NCBI GenBank assembly: GCA_034439575.1
Contig: JAWXAQ010000027.1
Location: forward strand, 352,001 to 416,000
Source of the DNA: Leptospira sp.
GTDB taxonomy: Bacteria > Spirochaetota > Leptospiria > Leptospirales > Leptospiraceae
Direction of reading: 5' to 3'
Length of the DNA stretch: 64,000 nucleotides
Part shown: piece by piece, positions 18,912-29,467 of the stretch
Numbering within the stretch: position 1 is the stretch's first letter
How the letters are laid out: every line of letters begins with the position of its first letter
The notes under the pieces: model-generated
The model's database searches: none
What the model was told of the DNA's origin: nothing
What the model saw: only the letters and a program-made list of their open reading frames with translations
Translations under genes and position numbers: made by a program

Positions 18912-21014
18912 CTATTTTAAGTTTTCTGCAACTAACTCAGCAATGTCTTTTACTTTAACTGAATCAATTTTTTCTGCACTTTTTACCCCATCTGTGATCA
19001 TAGTGATACAAAATGGACAAGCAGTAGCAATGGTCGTCGCACCAGTATCTAAAAGTTGACCTGTTCGTTTTGTATTGACTCGCATACTTTCTGGATTGGA
19101 TTCATCAACGTGTTCTTCCATCCAATACTGTGCACCACCAGCACCACAACATAGACCTTTAGAATGATGGTCTTTTGCTTCTTCAATTTTGCCACCTGAA
19201 ACTTTTTTAACCAATTCACGAGGGTTCTCGTAATTGTTGTTATATCTTCCAATATAACAAGAGTCATGATAAGTATATTTTCCTTGGGAAGCATCATCTG
19301 CCACTTTTACATCAATTTTCCCTTCATGTGAAAGTTGGTTGATAAACTCGGAATGGTGAACGACTTCGAAATTTCCACCAAACTGAGGGTATTCGTTTTT
19401 AATGGTATTGTAACAATGTGGACATGCTGTAACGATTTTTTTAACACCGTAACCATTCATAGTATCAACATTTTGTTGAGCTAAAGTTTGGTATAAGTAT
19501 TCGTTTCCACCACGTCTGGCCGAGTCACCAGAGCATCCTTCTTCTGTTCCAAGGATACCAAAATTGACATCTGCTTTTTTCATGATTTTCACAAAGTCTT
19601 GCGAAATCTTTTTGTTTCTTTCATCAAAAGCCCCAGCACAACCAACCCAATACAGGATATCGATATTTTTGTCTTCCGATTCCCCGAGAATTTTAACGTC
19701 CAAACCTTGCGCCCAGTCTGCTCTGGTATGAGCCCCAACGCCCCATGGATTGGAATTGTTTTCCATATTTGTGAAGGCTTTTTGTAATTCTGGACTCATT
19801 TTTGATTCAGCAAGAACCAAATGTCGTCTCATTTCAATGATCGCATTTACTTGGTTATTTCCAACGGGACATGCTTCAACGCACGCATAACAAGTCGTAC
19901 ATCCCCAAATGGATTCTTCGCTTAGCCCATCATGTGAATTGATCACTCCCGTGTCGATTGCTGCAACGGCTTCCTGCGCTTCCTCTCTAGTTTTGCCCAT
20001 ACGAGCTTTGTCAACTTCAGGCATTTTTTCAAGTAACTGATGTTTTAGTTCGACGATGATTGCTTTTGGATTTAACATTTTGCCAGTTCTGTTCGCTGGG
20101 CATTCCACTTGACAACGACCACATTCGATACAAGACATACCATCCAATAAATTTGGCCATGGGAAGTCTTCTACGCGATTTGATCCCCAGACTGCATTTT
20201 CATCATCTAAGTTTAACTTTGATAATTGGCCTTTAGGAGTATTTGTCGCAAAAAAGTAGTTAATCGGTGCAAAAATTAAATGAGCATGTTTTGAAGTCGG
20301 AACATACAACATAAATGCAAATACTGTAAAGATATGACCCCACCACATAATTTGGAAAACCATATCAGCACTAGAATTGGAAATACCAATGGCTTCCCAA
20401 ATTTTTCCAAGTCCACCATCAATAAGTCCTGCATGAGTATAATATTCTGCAGCTACAGTTTTCGCACCATTTCCAAGTAAGGTGGTCACCATCAGAGTCG
20501 CAATCATACTAATGACGATCGCAGAAGCAGGTGAGTGAACATCGAGTCCTTTTGCTTTTTTGATCCATCGTCTCCAAGCAAAAAACCCGAGACCTGTAAG
20601 AACAAGAATGGATACAAAATTTACGATTTGTTCATATATGTGATTTGCAGATTCACCAAAAAGAAAATTTGGTAACATGAATTTATAAGGATCATCCATC
20701 GCATAACCAAAAGTACCTGCGATGATTTGGCTTGTCGTATGAATGGTATAAACCAAAAAGCCATAAAAGATAAAAGCATGCATAATCCCACGAAGTGGTT
20801 CTCTGAAATTTTTCTTTTGGAGAACTACATTTTCAATGAAACTTTTAATTCGAAAAGGTAGGTTAAGATCTTTTAACGCATCTTCGTTAAAGGAAGCTGG
20901 TCTTCCCTGGAAAATGAGTCGAAGTCGGTAGATGATAGCTCGAACAAAAACTATGTTCGCTACGATAAAGAAAGCTGAAAAGATTATGTGAAAGAGAATT
21001 CTTCCGATATCCAT
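18912..21014 (-). CDS. Membrane Fe-S oxidoreductase, HdrD/GlpC/FadF-like
   Basis: NarI-like TM region, two CxxCxxCxxxCP motifs, CCG-type domains (GCSG, CCGAGG), TACPHC and TACPFC. Confidence 0.9.
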   Translation of the reverse strand: MDIGRILFHIIFSAFFIVANIVFVRAIIYRLRLIFQGRPASFNEDALKDLNLPFRIKSFIENVVLQKKNFREPLRGIMHAFIFYGFLVYTIHTTSQIIAGTFGYAMDDPYKFMLPNFLFGESANHIYEQIVNFVSILVLTGLGFFAWRRWIKKAKGLDVHSPASAIVISMIATLMVTTLLGNGAKTVAAEYYTHAGLIDGGLGKIWEAIGISNSSADMVFQIMWWGHIFTVFAFMLYVPTSKHAHLIFAPINYFFATNTPKGQLSKLNLDDENAVWGSNRVEDFPWPNLLDGMSCIECGRCQVECPANRTGKMLNPKAIIVELKHQLLEKMPEVDKARMGKTREEAQEAVAAIDTGVINSHDGLSEESIWGCTTCYACVEACPVGNNQVNAIIEMRRHLVLAESKMSPELQKAFTNMENNSNPWGVGAHTRADWAQGLDVKILGESEDKNIDILYWVGCAGAFDERNKKISQDFVKIMKKADVNFGILGTEEGCSGDSARRGGNEYLYQTLAQQNVDTMNGYGVKKIVTACPHCYNTIKNEYPQFGGNFEVVHHSEFINQLSHEGKIDVKVADDASQGKYTYHDSCYIGRYNNNYENPRELVKKVSGGKIEEAKDHHSKGLCCGAGGAQYWMEEHVDESNPESMRVNTKRTGQLLDTGATTIATACPFCITMITDGVKSAEKIDSVKVKDIAELVAENLK

Positions 21015-21198
21015 TTATATTTAAGCCCTTAAGGTGTTGGTATTTCCTAGGATTTCCATAGAAAAATGAATGTCCAGGAAAATTCAGTTTTTAATATGAT
21101 TAGAGAGTGAATTCTTATGTCAAAGCTAGGTAAGCATGATTCCAGATAGTTTCCAATTTTTACAAAGTAATCCTTGAGATGCCATTCTGATAAAAGCA

Positions 21199-22236
21199 TT
21201 GGACGGGGAAAGAATTTCCAAGGAAGAAGCTCTTCTCCTTTATGAAGAAGCTGATTTCTTAAAGATTCAGATGACTGCCCGGGCTCTCCGTGAACGGATA
21301 AGGCCCGCAACAGAGGCAAGTTATACCATGTTCCGTGTTGTCAATTACACAAATTATTGCAATGTCGAATGCAATTTTTGCTCCTTTATGGATGAAATTG
21401 GCAATGGAAAGGGATATGTTCTTACAAAAGAAGATATTTTACAAAAAATGGGATATTCCATGGAAATGGGAGCCGACCAGATGTTTTTGCAAGGTGGCGT
21501 TTACCCAGAGATTCCCTATGAATACTATCTCGATGTGATTCGTTCTGTCAAAGAGCGGTTTCCGTCTATGCACATTCGTGCCTTTTCTCCCGTCGAAATT
21601 ATCAATTTAGAAACCATAACTGGACGTCCGCTAAAAGATATTTTAATCGAATTAAAATCGGTAGGACTTGATTCCGTTCCCGGCGCTGGGGCAGAAATTC
21701 TAACGGAAAGAATGCGCCGAATCATTTCCCCAAAAAAGGCGACTGTTTCTGAATGGGTAAGAGCCATGGAAACCTGCCATGAAGTAGGATTATTCGGTTC
21801 TGCTAATATTGTGTTTGGTTCAGAAGAAACACAAGAGGAAGTCATAGATCACTTGCAGGTGATTCGTGATTTGCAAGATCGAACGGGAGGATTTTTATCT
21901 TTTATCCCTTGGACTTTCCAGCCCCAAACCAAACGTTTTAAAGTAAGAAATGTCCCGACACATGAATACCTAAAAGTACTCGGGATTTGCAGAATCTTTT
22001 TGGATAACATCAAACATATCGAAACGTCTGTGATGGTGCTCGGAAAAGGTGTTGGCCAACTGGCGCTTTTCAGTGGAGCCGACGATATTTCTTCTGTGGT
22101 CATTGAAGAAAACGTATTACGATCCTTTGGTCTTAAAACGGAAAAAGAAGCACAGAAATTTTTAATAGAAGGTGGCTTTAAACCAATTCGAAGGGATTTA
22201 TTTTATAAAGAAAAAGAAATCATTCTGCAAACATAG
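21199..22236 (+). CDS. mqnC: Cyclic dehypoxanthinyl futalosine synthase (radical SAM); true 5' end uncertain
   Basis: [39 protein letters not shown]. An in-frame ATG at 21136 is cut off by TGA at 21175. Confidence 0.88.
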   Translation: MDGERISKEEALLLYEEADFLKIQMTARALRERIRPATEASYTMFRVVNYTNYCNVECNFCSFMDEIGNGKGYVLTKEDILQKMGYSMEMGADQMFLQGGVYPEIPYEYYLDVIRSVKERFPSMHIRAFSPVEIINLETITGRPLKDILIELKSVGLDSVPGAGAEILTERMRRIISPKKATVSEWVRAMETCHEVGLFGSANIVFGSEETQEEVIDHLQVIRDLQDRTGGFLSFIPWTFQPQTKRFKVRNVPTHEYLKVLGICRIFLDNIKHIETSVMVLGKGVGQLALFSGADDISSVVIEENVLRSFGLKTEKEAQKFLIEGGFKPIRRDLFYKEKEIILQT

Positions 22237-22237
22237 T

Positions 22238-23452
22238 TTAACTATGTTTGGCAGGTTCATTCGATGGGAGAATGGTAATACGATTACGACCTGCATTCTT
22301 AGAAGCATAGAGAGCGGAATCAATTTTATGATACAACTCATCAAATGTAGGATCTTCGCTGGATAAAAACATAGTGGCCCCAATAGATACAGTGATACGA
22401 ATCGTATCACCAGCATGATTATAGACGGGAATGCGCAAAACTTCAATTTTTTCCCGAATACTTTCTGTTAGTGTTTCCAATCCTTCTTTATCAACAGGAG
22501 AAGCGAGGATACAAAATTCATCCCCACCAATGCGAGCCGCTATATCAGTCGACCTAACTCTAGTGCGAAGGGTTTTACCGAAAGCTTGGATCGCAAGGTC
22601 ACCTTGTTTGTGACCATATTTGTCATTGATTTGTTTTAGGTGGTCCAAATCCAAAATGACAAGACCGATTTGAAATCCTTCTCTTTTGGAACGTTTTTTA
22701 TATAAATCAAATTGTTCGAGCAGGTGACGCCTGTTATATAGATCAGTCATGGAATCAGTTCTAGATAAATCATGGATTTTCTGATTGATCTTTAAAAGTT
22801 TACCCACCGTGATTCGCAATTTGATTTTGGCACGGTATTCTTCAAAACGCCAATAATTAATTAACAGATTTGCCGTAAACCCGACACCTAACAAAAAAGT
22901 AACGATCAAAACGTCTTGATAGAAAATGAAACGATCAAAGCCCAAAATCTGGGAAAAATTTAAATGTAAGGGAATAAAAATACAAAGGAACAAAACAGAT
23001 AACAGAAAAATTCGAATGGGCTCTAACCAGAGTATGATGGCAGAACTAGCAAGGACTATGGCTGAACCAAACAGATAATAAGAATGGTTTGGTTTATCAA
23101 AAACCATCATCGGGATATAAATGAGAATCATCGATGTGATAAAAAAGCCAGTAAATGAAAAGATATGTCTTTCAAAGAATCGAAATCGTTTTTTAGCAAA
23201 GATATAAGCAGTAAAACAAATAGCAAGTGCCGAGATTCTAAAAAAGGAAATCCAAAAAGTCGCTTCCTTGGTACGAACCAGTGAATCCACAAAAAATAAA
23301 GATACCATAGAGGTAAATGCACTTAAGACCCCAAAAATCATCACTGAAGAACGAATATCAGAAAAATTTGTAGCTATAAATGTAGGGTGGTAGGTACGTA
23401 AAAACAACTTACGAATGATAAATAGAAATCTACGTGCATTGTATTTGCGCAT
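22238..23452 (-). CDS. Membrane-bound diguanylate cyclase
   Basis: About six TM helices; DSMTDLYNRR, DLDHLKQINDKYGH..GD, I-site RSTD five residues before intact GGDEF. Confidence 0.92.
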   Translation of the reverse strand: MRKYNARRFLFIIRKLFLRTYHPTFIATNFSDIRSSVMIFGVLSAFTSMVSLFFVDSLVRTKEATFWISFFRISALAICFTAYIFAKKRFRFFERHIFSFTGFFITSMILIYIPMMVFDKPNHSYYLFGSAIVLASSAIILWLEPIRIFLLSVLFLCIFIPLHLNFSQILGFDRFIFYQDVLIVTFLLGVGFTANLLINYWRFEEYRAKIKLRITVGKLLKINQKIHDLSRTDSMTDLYNRRHLLEQFDLYKKRSKREGFQIGLVILDLDHLKQINDKYGHKQGDLAIQAFGKTLRTRVRSTDIAARIGGDEFCILASPVDKEGLETLTESIREKIEVLRIPVYNHAGDTIRITVSIGATMFLSSEDPTFDELYHKIDSALYASKNAGRNRITILPSNEPAKHS

Positions 23453-23509
23453 ATGGCCTAGCTTTCAAGAATAATTGTAAGAGTTAAGAATTGCAAGTAA
23501 TAAGGGATT

Positions 23510-24346
23510 TTAAAAGAGGATTACTTTGCGCGAATTTTTGACTAAGACATCAGGAAGAGACATACCATCGCCACCGAGACTTCTCAATCTTTTATTTCCT
23601 ACATAGAGTATAACGCCCTTGATTCCAAAATTTCCTATCAAACTATAACAAATTTGATCCAATCGATCTTTTAAGATTTCAGGACTTCCCCCGAATTCTA
23701 ATTCTTTTGAGAAAGAAACATGCAGTATCCCCTCATCTAGTTTGTAGTTTGTGTCAAATTTAATTCTTTTTGGTAAAGAATTCAACACACCTTTTGTTTT
23801 TTCCTCTGGACTTGGGCCACGAAGTAATTCACTTAAAATAAAGGAAATCGGATCTCCACCAGGAAATTGGCGAATGACTTTCACAAGTTGGGATTGGCTA
23901 TTTTTTCCCTGCCCATAAAATTTTAAAAAATAAATCGGGAGATAAGCGGGGGATTCCTGCAATTTATTTCCGCTACTTCGAAATGTATCTTCAGGAAGTG
24001 TTACTTCTGGAATTGAATTACTATCATCTAACTTTTGTTTATTTGCACTTACTGAAGTTGTATTGGTAATAGGAATTGTGTTTTCTAATGCTTCTTCTTC
24101 CCAAGCTAAATCGTCTTCCCATTCATTTCCAAGGAAAGGATCGTTTGTTCTTTCTGAAAAAGTGGGATTTTTATTTAAAGAGGAATTACCTAAATTGCGA
24201 AAGCTTTCTTTACTCCAATTGGCAGGCATAGTACCGCCAGAAAATCCTAAGGATTTTTCAATCAGTACAAGTACAAATAAAAGTCCCCCAATCATATAAG
24301 AAAGGGATTTCAATTTATCGCTTGGTTGTGGAGGAAGAGGTGCCAC
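23510..24346 (-). CDS. GerMN domain protein
   Basis: N-terminal anchor; IYFL..LV.V.R, LLRGPS.EE..G..N.LP, QICYSL...IKGV. Confidence 0.85.
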   Translation of the reverse strand: MAPLPPQPSDKLKSLSYMIGGLLFVLVLIEKSLGFSGGTMPANWSKESFRNLGNSSLNKNPTFSERTNDPFLGNEWEDDLAWEEEALENTIPITNTTSVSANKQKLDDSNSIPEVTLPEDTFRSSGNKLQESPAYLPIYFLKFYGQGKNSQSQLVKVIRQFPGGDPISFILSELLRGPSPEEKTKGVLNSLPKRIKFDTNYKLDEGILHVSFSKELEFGGSPEILKDRLDQICYSLIGNFGIKGVILYVGNKRLRSLGGDGMSLPDVLVKNSRKVILF

Positions 24347-24379
24347 ACTCTAATGATCGGAAGGATACAAACTTATTGT

Positions 24380-25063
24380 TTAAAAAAACTCTTTTAAGGC
24401 AGGAAGATCTTGGAATTCCCATTCAAAATTGGGAATTTCGCCAGCAGTCGCATGGCCATAGGAACAATATCCGAATTTACAGCCATTTTGTCTCGCCGCT
24501 TCCCAATCGCTAAATCTATCTCCGATCAGAGCAATAGATTCAGGTGAAAAATTATATTTTTTGATGTACTCAGACAGAATATCTCCTTTTGTGCAGATAT
24601 TTTCCTGATTGATCACTAAAATAGGCTCAAAGTAAGCCAAAACGCCCGCAGTTTCCAATACGGTTTCCACATAGGCTCTTCTACCGTTGGAGGCACAAGT
24701 GATGGTATAACCTTTTTCTTTTAAATAATGAATTGTGGAGCCGACACCTGCATAAAAATCTCCGCCACCATTACGGATGGAATCGCAGAGTAGTTCCAGA
24801 ACACGGGTAGAAATAGTTTCTCTTTCGCCTTCTGGGAGAGTCGGTAATAGATTGGCAAAAATTTCTCGGACGGGTTTTCCGATTTGATGCATAATTTCTT
24901 CATGCGTCGGAAGATTTGTAATTTTTCCCGTTTTACTGGCAAACTCTTCGATTGCCTGCACATAGGTCTTGAAGATTATGGATTCAGAGGAAAAAAGAGT
25001 GCCGTCGACATCGAAGGCTAACATTTTAATTTCTCCGGGAAAATTTCCAAGCATTAAAGTCAT
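24380..25063 (-). CDS. HAD family hydrolase
   Basis: FDVDGTL, ASNG, K, IGDRFSD motifs; start approximate. Confidence 0.9.
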   Translation of the reverse strand: MTLMLGNFPGEIKMLAFDVDGTLFSSESIIFKTYVQAIEEFASKTGKITNLPTHEEIMHQIGKPVREIFANLLPTLPEGERETISTRVLELLCDSIRNGGGDFYAGVGSTIHYLKEKGYTITCASNGRRAYVETVLETAGVLAYFEPILVINQENICTKGDILSEYIKKYNFSPESIALIGDRFSDWEAARQNGCKFGYCSYGHATAGEIPNFEWEFQDLPALKEFF

Positions 25064-25106
25064 AAAAGAATTTGGCAATCAGAAGGCAAGTAAGGAATTC
25101 AGTGTT

Positions 25107-26330
25107 ATGTTATCCTTTTCTTCAAACGAAGAAATATTAAAAAATCGAGAAAATTTGTATTTGCGAACAGATTGGACGGATCCAAATTCGCAGCTTCAAA
25201 ATCGCATTCGCGCGAAAGATCTTTCCCTTTATTTTGCACTTACTGATTCAGAAATTTTGGGAATTCAGGACACGATTCGACTCAATGTATCAACGACTCC
25301 TTATTATTTAAAACTTTCTGATCCCTTTAATCCCCATTGTCCCATACGTAGAATGATCGTTCCTGATTCTAAAGAAACAATTCTTTCACACGAGGAATCA
25401 CCCGATCCATTACATGAAGAGCGCTTATCTCCTGTTAGGGGGATAACACATATGTATCCGAATCGAGTTTTATTATTTTCAAATCATTCTTGCAGTGTCT
25501 ATTGTCGTCATTGTATGCGTGGAAGAAAGGTGTCTGACTCCGAAGAAAGGATGACCAAGGAAGATTTAGAAGCGGCAATTGATTACATTCGAAAAACAAA
25601 AGAGATAGAAGATGTGGTCATTAGCGGTGGTGACCCACTTAACTTGGCTGATGCGAGAATAGATTGGATACTTGGTGAATTAGAATCCATAGATCATGTG
25701 AAAATTTGTAGGCTTGGGACAAGAAATCCTGTGACTTTGCCTTTTCGCATCACGAAAGAGTTATGCGATATAATAGAAAAGCACAACACCGAGAAATTAT
25801 CTATATTTTGTAACACGCAATTCAATCATCCACTAGAATGTACCCCTGAGGCAAAAATAGCCATCTTCTCCTTGTTAAAGGCTGGAGTTTCGGTAGGGAA
25901 CCAAGCGGTCTTATTAAAAGGAATCAATAACGATCCAGAGATCATGTTATCATTACATAAAAAATTATTAGAAATGCGAGTCAGGGCTTATTATTTATAC
26001 GATCCAGAATTGATTCCAGGTTCAAGAGGATTTAGGACACCTCTAGGAAAAGGAATAGAAATTATAGAATATATGCGGGGAAAAATTTCAGGAATGGGCA
26101 TTCCACAGTTTGTAAATGATTTACCTGGGGGTGGTGGAAAAATAACCATGTCACCTAACTGGTATTTGGGTTATTATGAAAAAACAAGACAACATGCCTT
26201 TGTTTCTGCCATCACAGGAAAAATTCATTTTTCCTATGAACCCATTGATGCTGAAAATAATTATAACTATAAAAAGATAACAGAAGAAATGTGGGAAACA
26301 TATCATGAAAACGATACTTCTCGCAGTTGA
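25107..26330 (+). CDS. KamA family radical SAM 2,3-aminomutase
   Basis: [36 protein letters not shown]-lysine motif [11 protein letters not shown] 25107 follows TAAGGA. Confidence 0.93.
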   Translation: MLSFSSNEEILKNRENLYLRTDWTDPNSQLQNRIRAKDLSLYFALTDSEILGIQDTIRLNVSTTPYYLKLSDPFNPHCPIRRMIVPDSKETILSHEESPDPLHEERLSPVRGITHMYPNRVLLFSNHSCSVYCRHCMRGRKVSDSEERMTKEDLEAAIDYIRKTKEIEDVVISGGDPLNLADARIDWILGELESIDHVKICRLGTRNPVTLPFRITKELCDIIEKHNTEKLSIFCNTQFNHPLECTPEAKIAIFSLLKAGVSVGNQAVLLKGINNDPEIMLSLHKKLLEMRVRAYYLYDPELIPGSRGFRTPLGKGIEIIEYMRGKISGMGIPQFVNDLPGGGGKITMSPNWYLGYYEKTRQHAFVSAITGKIHFSYEPIDAENNYNYKKITEEMWETYHENDTSRS

Positions 26331-27309
26331 TATCTATGAAAATGGACCAAAACTTTGGAATCAGGAATGGGAATCGAAAGATTCCATTCTCGGGATAAAA
26401 GATGCCCTGATTTCGCTTGGGTATACAGTAGATATTTTGGAAAAACAATCTGAAATTCTCAAATATATTTTAGATTTTATAGAAAATCATAATCCAGAAA
26501 ATTTGACAGTTTTTAACTTGGTCGAAGGATTTCGTTCCAGAAATAGGGAAGCATACATACCTTCGTTATGCGAATATTTAGGAGTTTCTTATACGGGATC
26601 TGATTCTTATTCACAAATTTTGACTCTGGATAAAAATATTAGCAAAACAATAATTAGAGAATTAGGAATATATACACCAAACTCTAGTTTGCTGACAAAA
26701 GGAAATATTCAAATACACAATCTTTTCTTTCCTTTATTCCTCAAACCAAATGCTGAAGGTTCAAGTCTAGGTATCAATGCCAATAATATAGTTGAAGATA
26801 GGGAAGGATTTAATTTAGTTTTGACAGACCTATTTAAAAACTTCGATGAAGTTTTGGTAGAAGAATTTGTTGATGGAGAAGATCTAACGATTGGATTACT
26901 CGGATATGAAGGTAAGTATTTCATAACGGAAGGCGCCCGCATCTCTTATGAAGATGAAGTTTATTCGGAAAATATTAAATCTAAAGAAGGTAGACCTGAA
27001 CGATTGCATTTTGATGTATCTGATCAAATCAACAAACAATTGAAAGAGATTGTTTTAAAAATCGCCTATCGAATGAAGATACTTGGACCTGCAAGGTTTG
27101 ACTTCAGATTGCAAGCAGAGAAATTATTTTTTTTGGAGATCAACCTGACTCCCGGTTTATCTTCGATTTATTCCACCTTACCAATCCTTTGCGAAAAATC
27201 AGGTCTAACGTATTCACAAATGATGACATTTATTCTTGAATCTAGTGATTGGAATTATAAAAACAATCTTTCTTTTTCTTATGGGAAACGAGGAATTTCT
27301 TATGCATGA
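26305..27309 (+). CDS. D-Ala-D-Ala ligase-like ATP-grasp ligase
   Basis: [47 protein letters not shown]; overlaps the end of the KamA-family gene. Confidence 0.88.
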   Translation: MKTILLAVDIYENGPKLWNQEWESKDSILGIKDALISLGYTVDILEKQSEILKYILDFIENHNPENLTVFNLVEGFRSRNREAYIPSLCEYLGVSYTGSDSYSQILTLDKNISKTIIRELGIYTPNSSLLTKGNIQIHNLFFPLFLKPNAEGSSLGINANNIVEDREGFNLVLTDLFKNFDEVLVEEFVDGEDLTIGLLGYEGKYFITEGARISYEDEVYSENIKSKEGRPERLHFDVSDQINKQLKEIVLKIAYRMKILGPARFDFRLQAEKLFFLEINLTPGLSSIYSTLPILCEKSGLTYSQMMTFILESSDWNYKNNLSFSYGKRGISYA

Positions 27310-27982
27310 TTTTTTATTGTCCTTACAGTCCGATGTGAAAGAACATTCGGTCCTTAAACATCCTTGGCTCAAGTCCAGGGAAAAAGCTATCAACTTACAA
27401 GACTTAATTTATTGGCTGTCACAGGAATATTTTGTTTCGATAGGATTCGTAGATTGGTTTTTAAAAGTAGCGGCAAAAACTTCAAATCAATATGCAAAAA
27501 TAGTTTTGGTTCAAAATATTTGGGAAGAACTAGGGGAAGGTGATCTTGGTCAAACCCATGTTTCTATTCTAGAACAATTTTTGCTCAAACTAGGTATTGA
27601 CCCGAAAAAAAATGAAATTTTTCCTGAAACTGCTTCTTACTTAAATGATATGGAAGATATTATTGAAAATGGTTTTTATTATGGATTAGGTGCCCTAGGG
27701 CCCGCAAATGAATACCTTTTAAAATTAGAATATTCTAAAATATCTGAAAGTTACCAAAGGCTTAGATTAGAGAATAATTTGCCCGAAGGTAAATTTTTCC
27801 AAGTGAATCTAGATGCAGATGAAGGACATAGCAAAAGACTATTTGATTTGATTGCAAGTGTCGCAACCAATGCGAAGGAAAGAGAAGAAGTATCAATGGG
27901 GAACAAACTTGCATTAAACGCTAGAGAACAATTCTATTTTGGCTTGGAGAGGGTTTCTCCAAGCATTTTTAATGTTCACTAA
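27302..27982 (+). CDS. Heme-oxygenase-like diiron (CADD/PqqC/TenA-fold) redox enzyme
   Basis: HSVLKHPW, NIWEELG.....H, GPANE, FFQVNLDADEGH; ATG 27302 overlaps the ligase end. Confidence 0.82.
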   Translation: MHDFLLSLQSDVKEHSVLKHPWLKSREKAINLQDLIYWLSQEYFVSIGFVDWFLKVAAKTSNQYAKIVLVQNIWEELGEGDLGQTHVSILEQFLLKLGIDPKKNEIFPETASYLNDMEDIIENGFYYGLGALGPANEYLLKLEYSKISESYQRLRLENNLPEGKFFQVNLDADEGHSKRLFDLIASVATNAKEREEVSMGNKLALNAREQFYFGLERVSPSIFNVH

Positions 27983-28317
27983 AGTTTATGTCTGATTTTT
28001 TTTAATAAAACAAAGAGAAACATTCCCATAAAGGGGACAAGCGGCAAATAAAGTAAAAACACTAAATATTTGTATTTTTTGGTAAAATGCAGTAATTTTC
28101 GAAAAGCAAAAAAACCTGGGTAACGAATTCCATTGTAAACAAATTGGACTTCACCTTGGCATTTTTCATAAGTCAATTCGGAATGGATTTTTAATAAATC
28201 AGTTTCTTTCAGATCATGATAAGATAAAAATTCTATATCACTCGTTTGTTTTTTAAGATATGTCGCAAGTCGTAGACAAAAATCACAATTTCCATCAAAG
28301 ATAAAGTACCTGTTCAT
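27979..28317 (-). CDS. DCC1-like (DUF393) thiol-disulfide oxidoreductase
   Basis: N-terminal FDGNCDFC motif; G..AF. Confidence 0.85.
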   Translation of the reverse strand: MNRYFIFDGNCDFCLRLATYLKKQTSDIEFLSYHDLKETDLLKIHSELTYEKCQGEVQFVYNGIRYPGFFAFRKLLHFTKKYKYLVFLLYLPLVPFMGMFLFVLLKKIRHKL

Positions 28318-28324
28318 TTAATAT

Positions 28325-29467
28325 TTAAAAAAAATCTTCAGGCATATTTTTTAAAAATTGTATCACTTCAGGAATTTGTTCTCTCGGCATTTCAAGCCAA
28401 TAGTAATACCATGTATCATCTTTTTCAATCCCTTGTGCCACTTTCATATACCATTTGTTGATGTTATTGTTTGGTTTTGCCCGCCAAAATAAGGGAAGGG
28501 TTTCTTTTAATATTAAATCCCAAATATCTCTGCCAACGCCCGCACCCCTTGCCGTTTCATTGACTGCAAATTTTGATAGTAAATAGCCGTATTTTGTTTT
28601 GTTTAACCAAGCACATCCTTGGTATGAGTCTTCTAAATATAATACATCAAATTTAGATTTTTTGAAATCCTCATTTAACTTTTTTTTGAAACTATTTTCA
28701 ATGAGTAAAAAAAGTTGGGTAGAATTGACTTCGCTAAAGTCTAGGCATTTAAGAATTTTATTCTCGCGTTTAACTAAGGTTCCACTTCCTTTAACAGTAA
28801 ATAGTTCGCGAAGTAATGTATAAGGTGATGTAAGAACCACTGTAAATTTAGGATCATTGCATTTTTGGACTAATGATTCTGCCAAAACTAAAAATTGTAT
28901 GTCTCTATCTGATTCCGAAAGGGAACTATTTGATTTGTAACTTTCTAAGATTTCTCCAGTAGGTATAAGAGATATGACCTTTCCCGTATCTTCATTATAT
29001 ATTGGTCCATCGTGATGAAGTTGTATCACCTTATTGATGTTTAGTGATTTTATTATTTTTAGAATAAATGCATCTAATAAAAAATTCGATTTATTCCATA
29101 TTAATATGGGTATTCGTTTGTGTTGGATAGATTCTTTTACTTGTATAAAGATCGAATTTAAATCAGTGATAATTTGGTATGGAAATCCGACTCCAGCACC
29201 TGCATTTGATTTTTTGGGAGGAAAAAATAAACTGAGATATTGAACTGATTCTTCTTCCAAAACAAGGACTGGGAATAATTCAAGACGAGTTAGAAGTTTG
29301 ATGTCAGAAAATAATGCTTCCGAACTTTCCATGATGGTATTGACATCTGCATAAAGTAAGGCGAAACTTTCTGGTGATAAGGATTTAAATTCTTCTAAGA
29401 AGTGAAGGCCATCGCGAGGATCCCTTGTGATTTCAAAAACTTTGGCGAGTATGTCCTTCGAATTCAT
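28325..29467 (-). CDS. N-acetylglutamate synthase/kinase-like protein (degenerate AAK domain + DUF619-type NAT domain)
   Basis: ELFTVKGSGTLV, LSKFAV...ARGAGVGRDIW, LFWRAKPNN.INKWY. Confidence 0.8.
   Translation of the reverse strand: MNSKDILAKVFEITRDPRDGLHFLEEFKSLSPESFALLYADVNTIMESSEALFSDIKLLTRLELFPVLVLEEESVQYLSLFFPPKKSNAGAGVGFPYQIITDLNSIFIQVKESIQHKRIPILIWNKSNFLLDAFILKIIKSLNINKVIQLHHDGPIYNEDTGKVISLIPTGEILESYKSNSSLSESDRDIQFLVLAESLVQKCNDPKFTVVLTSPYTLLRELFTVKGSGTLVKRENKILKCLDFSEVNSTQLFLLIENSFKKKLNEDFKKSKFDVLYLEDSYQGCAWLNKTKYGYLLSKFAVNETARGAGVGRDIWDLILKETLPLFWRAKPNNNINKWYMKVAQGIEKDDTWYYYWLEMPREQIPEVIQFLKNMPEDFF

Noticed and set aside
21178-21225. SECIS element / selenocysteine at the mqnC TGA
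   Set aside because: Only a 4-bp ATGC/GCAT pairing follows the TGA, and the position is not a catalytic Cys site.
21047-21319. 90-aa minus-strand ORF across the mqnC 5' region
   Set aside because: No recognisable motif; overlaps mqnC and the divergent promoter region.
24969-25106. N-terminal extension of the KamA ORF given in the track
   Set aside because: Overlaps the divergent HAD gene; ATG 25107 has an SD.
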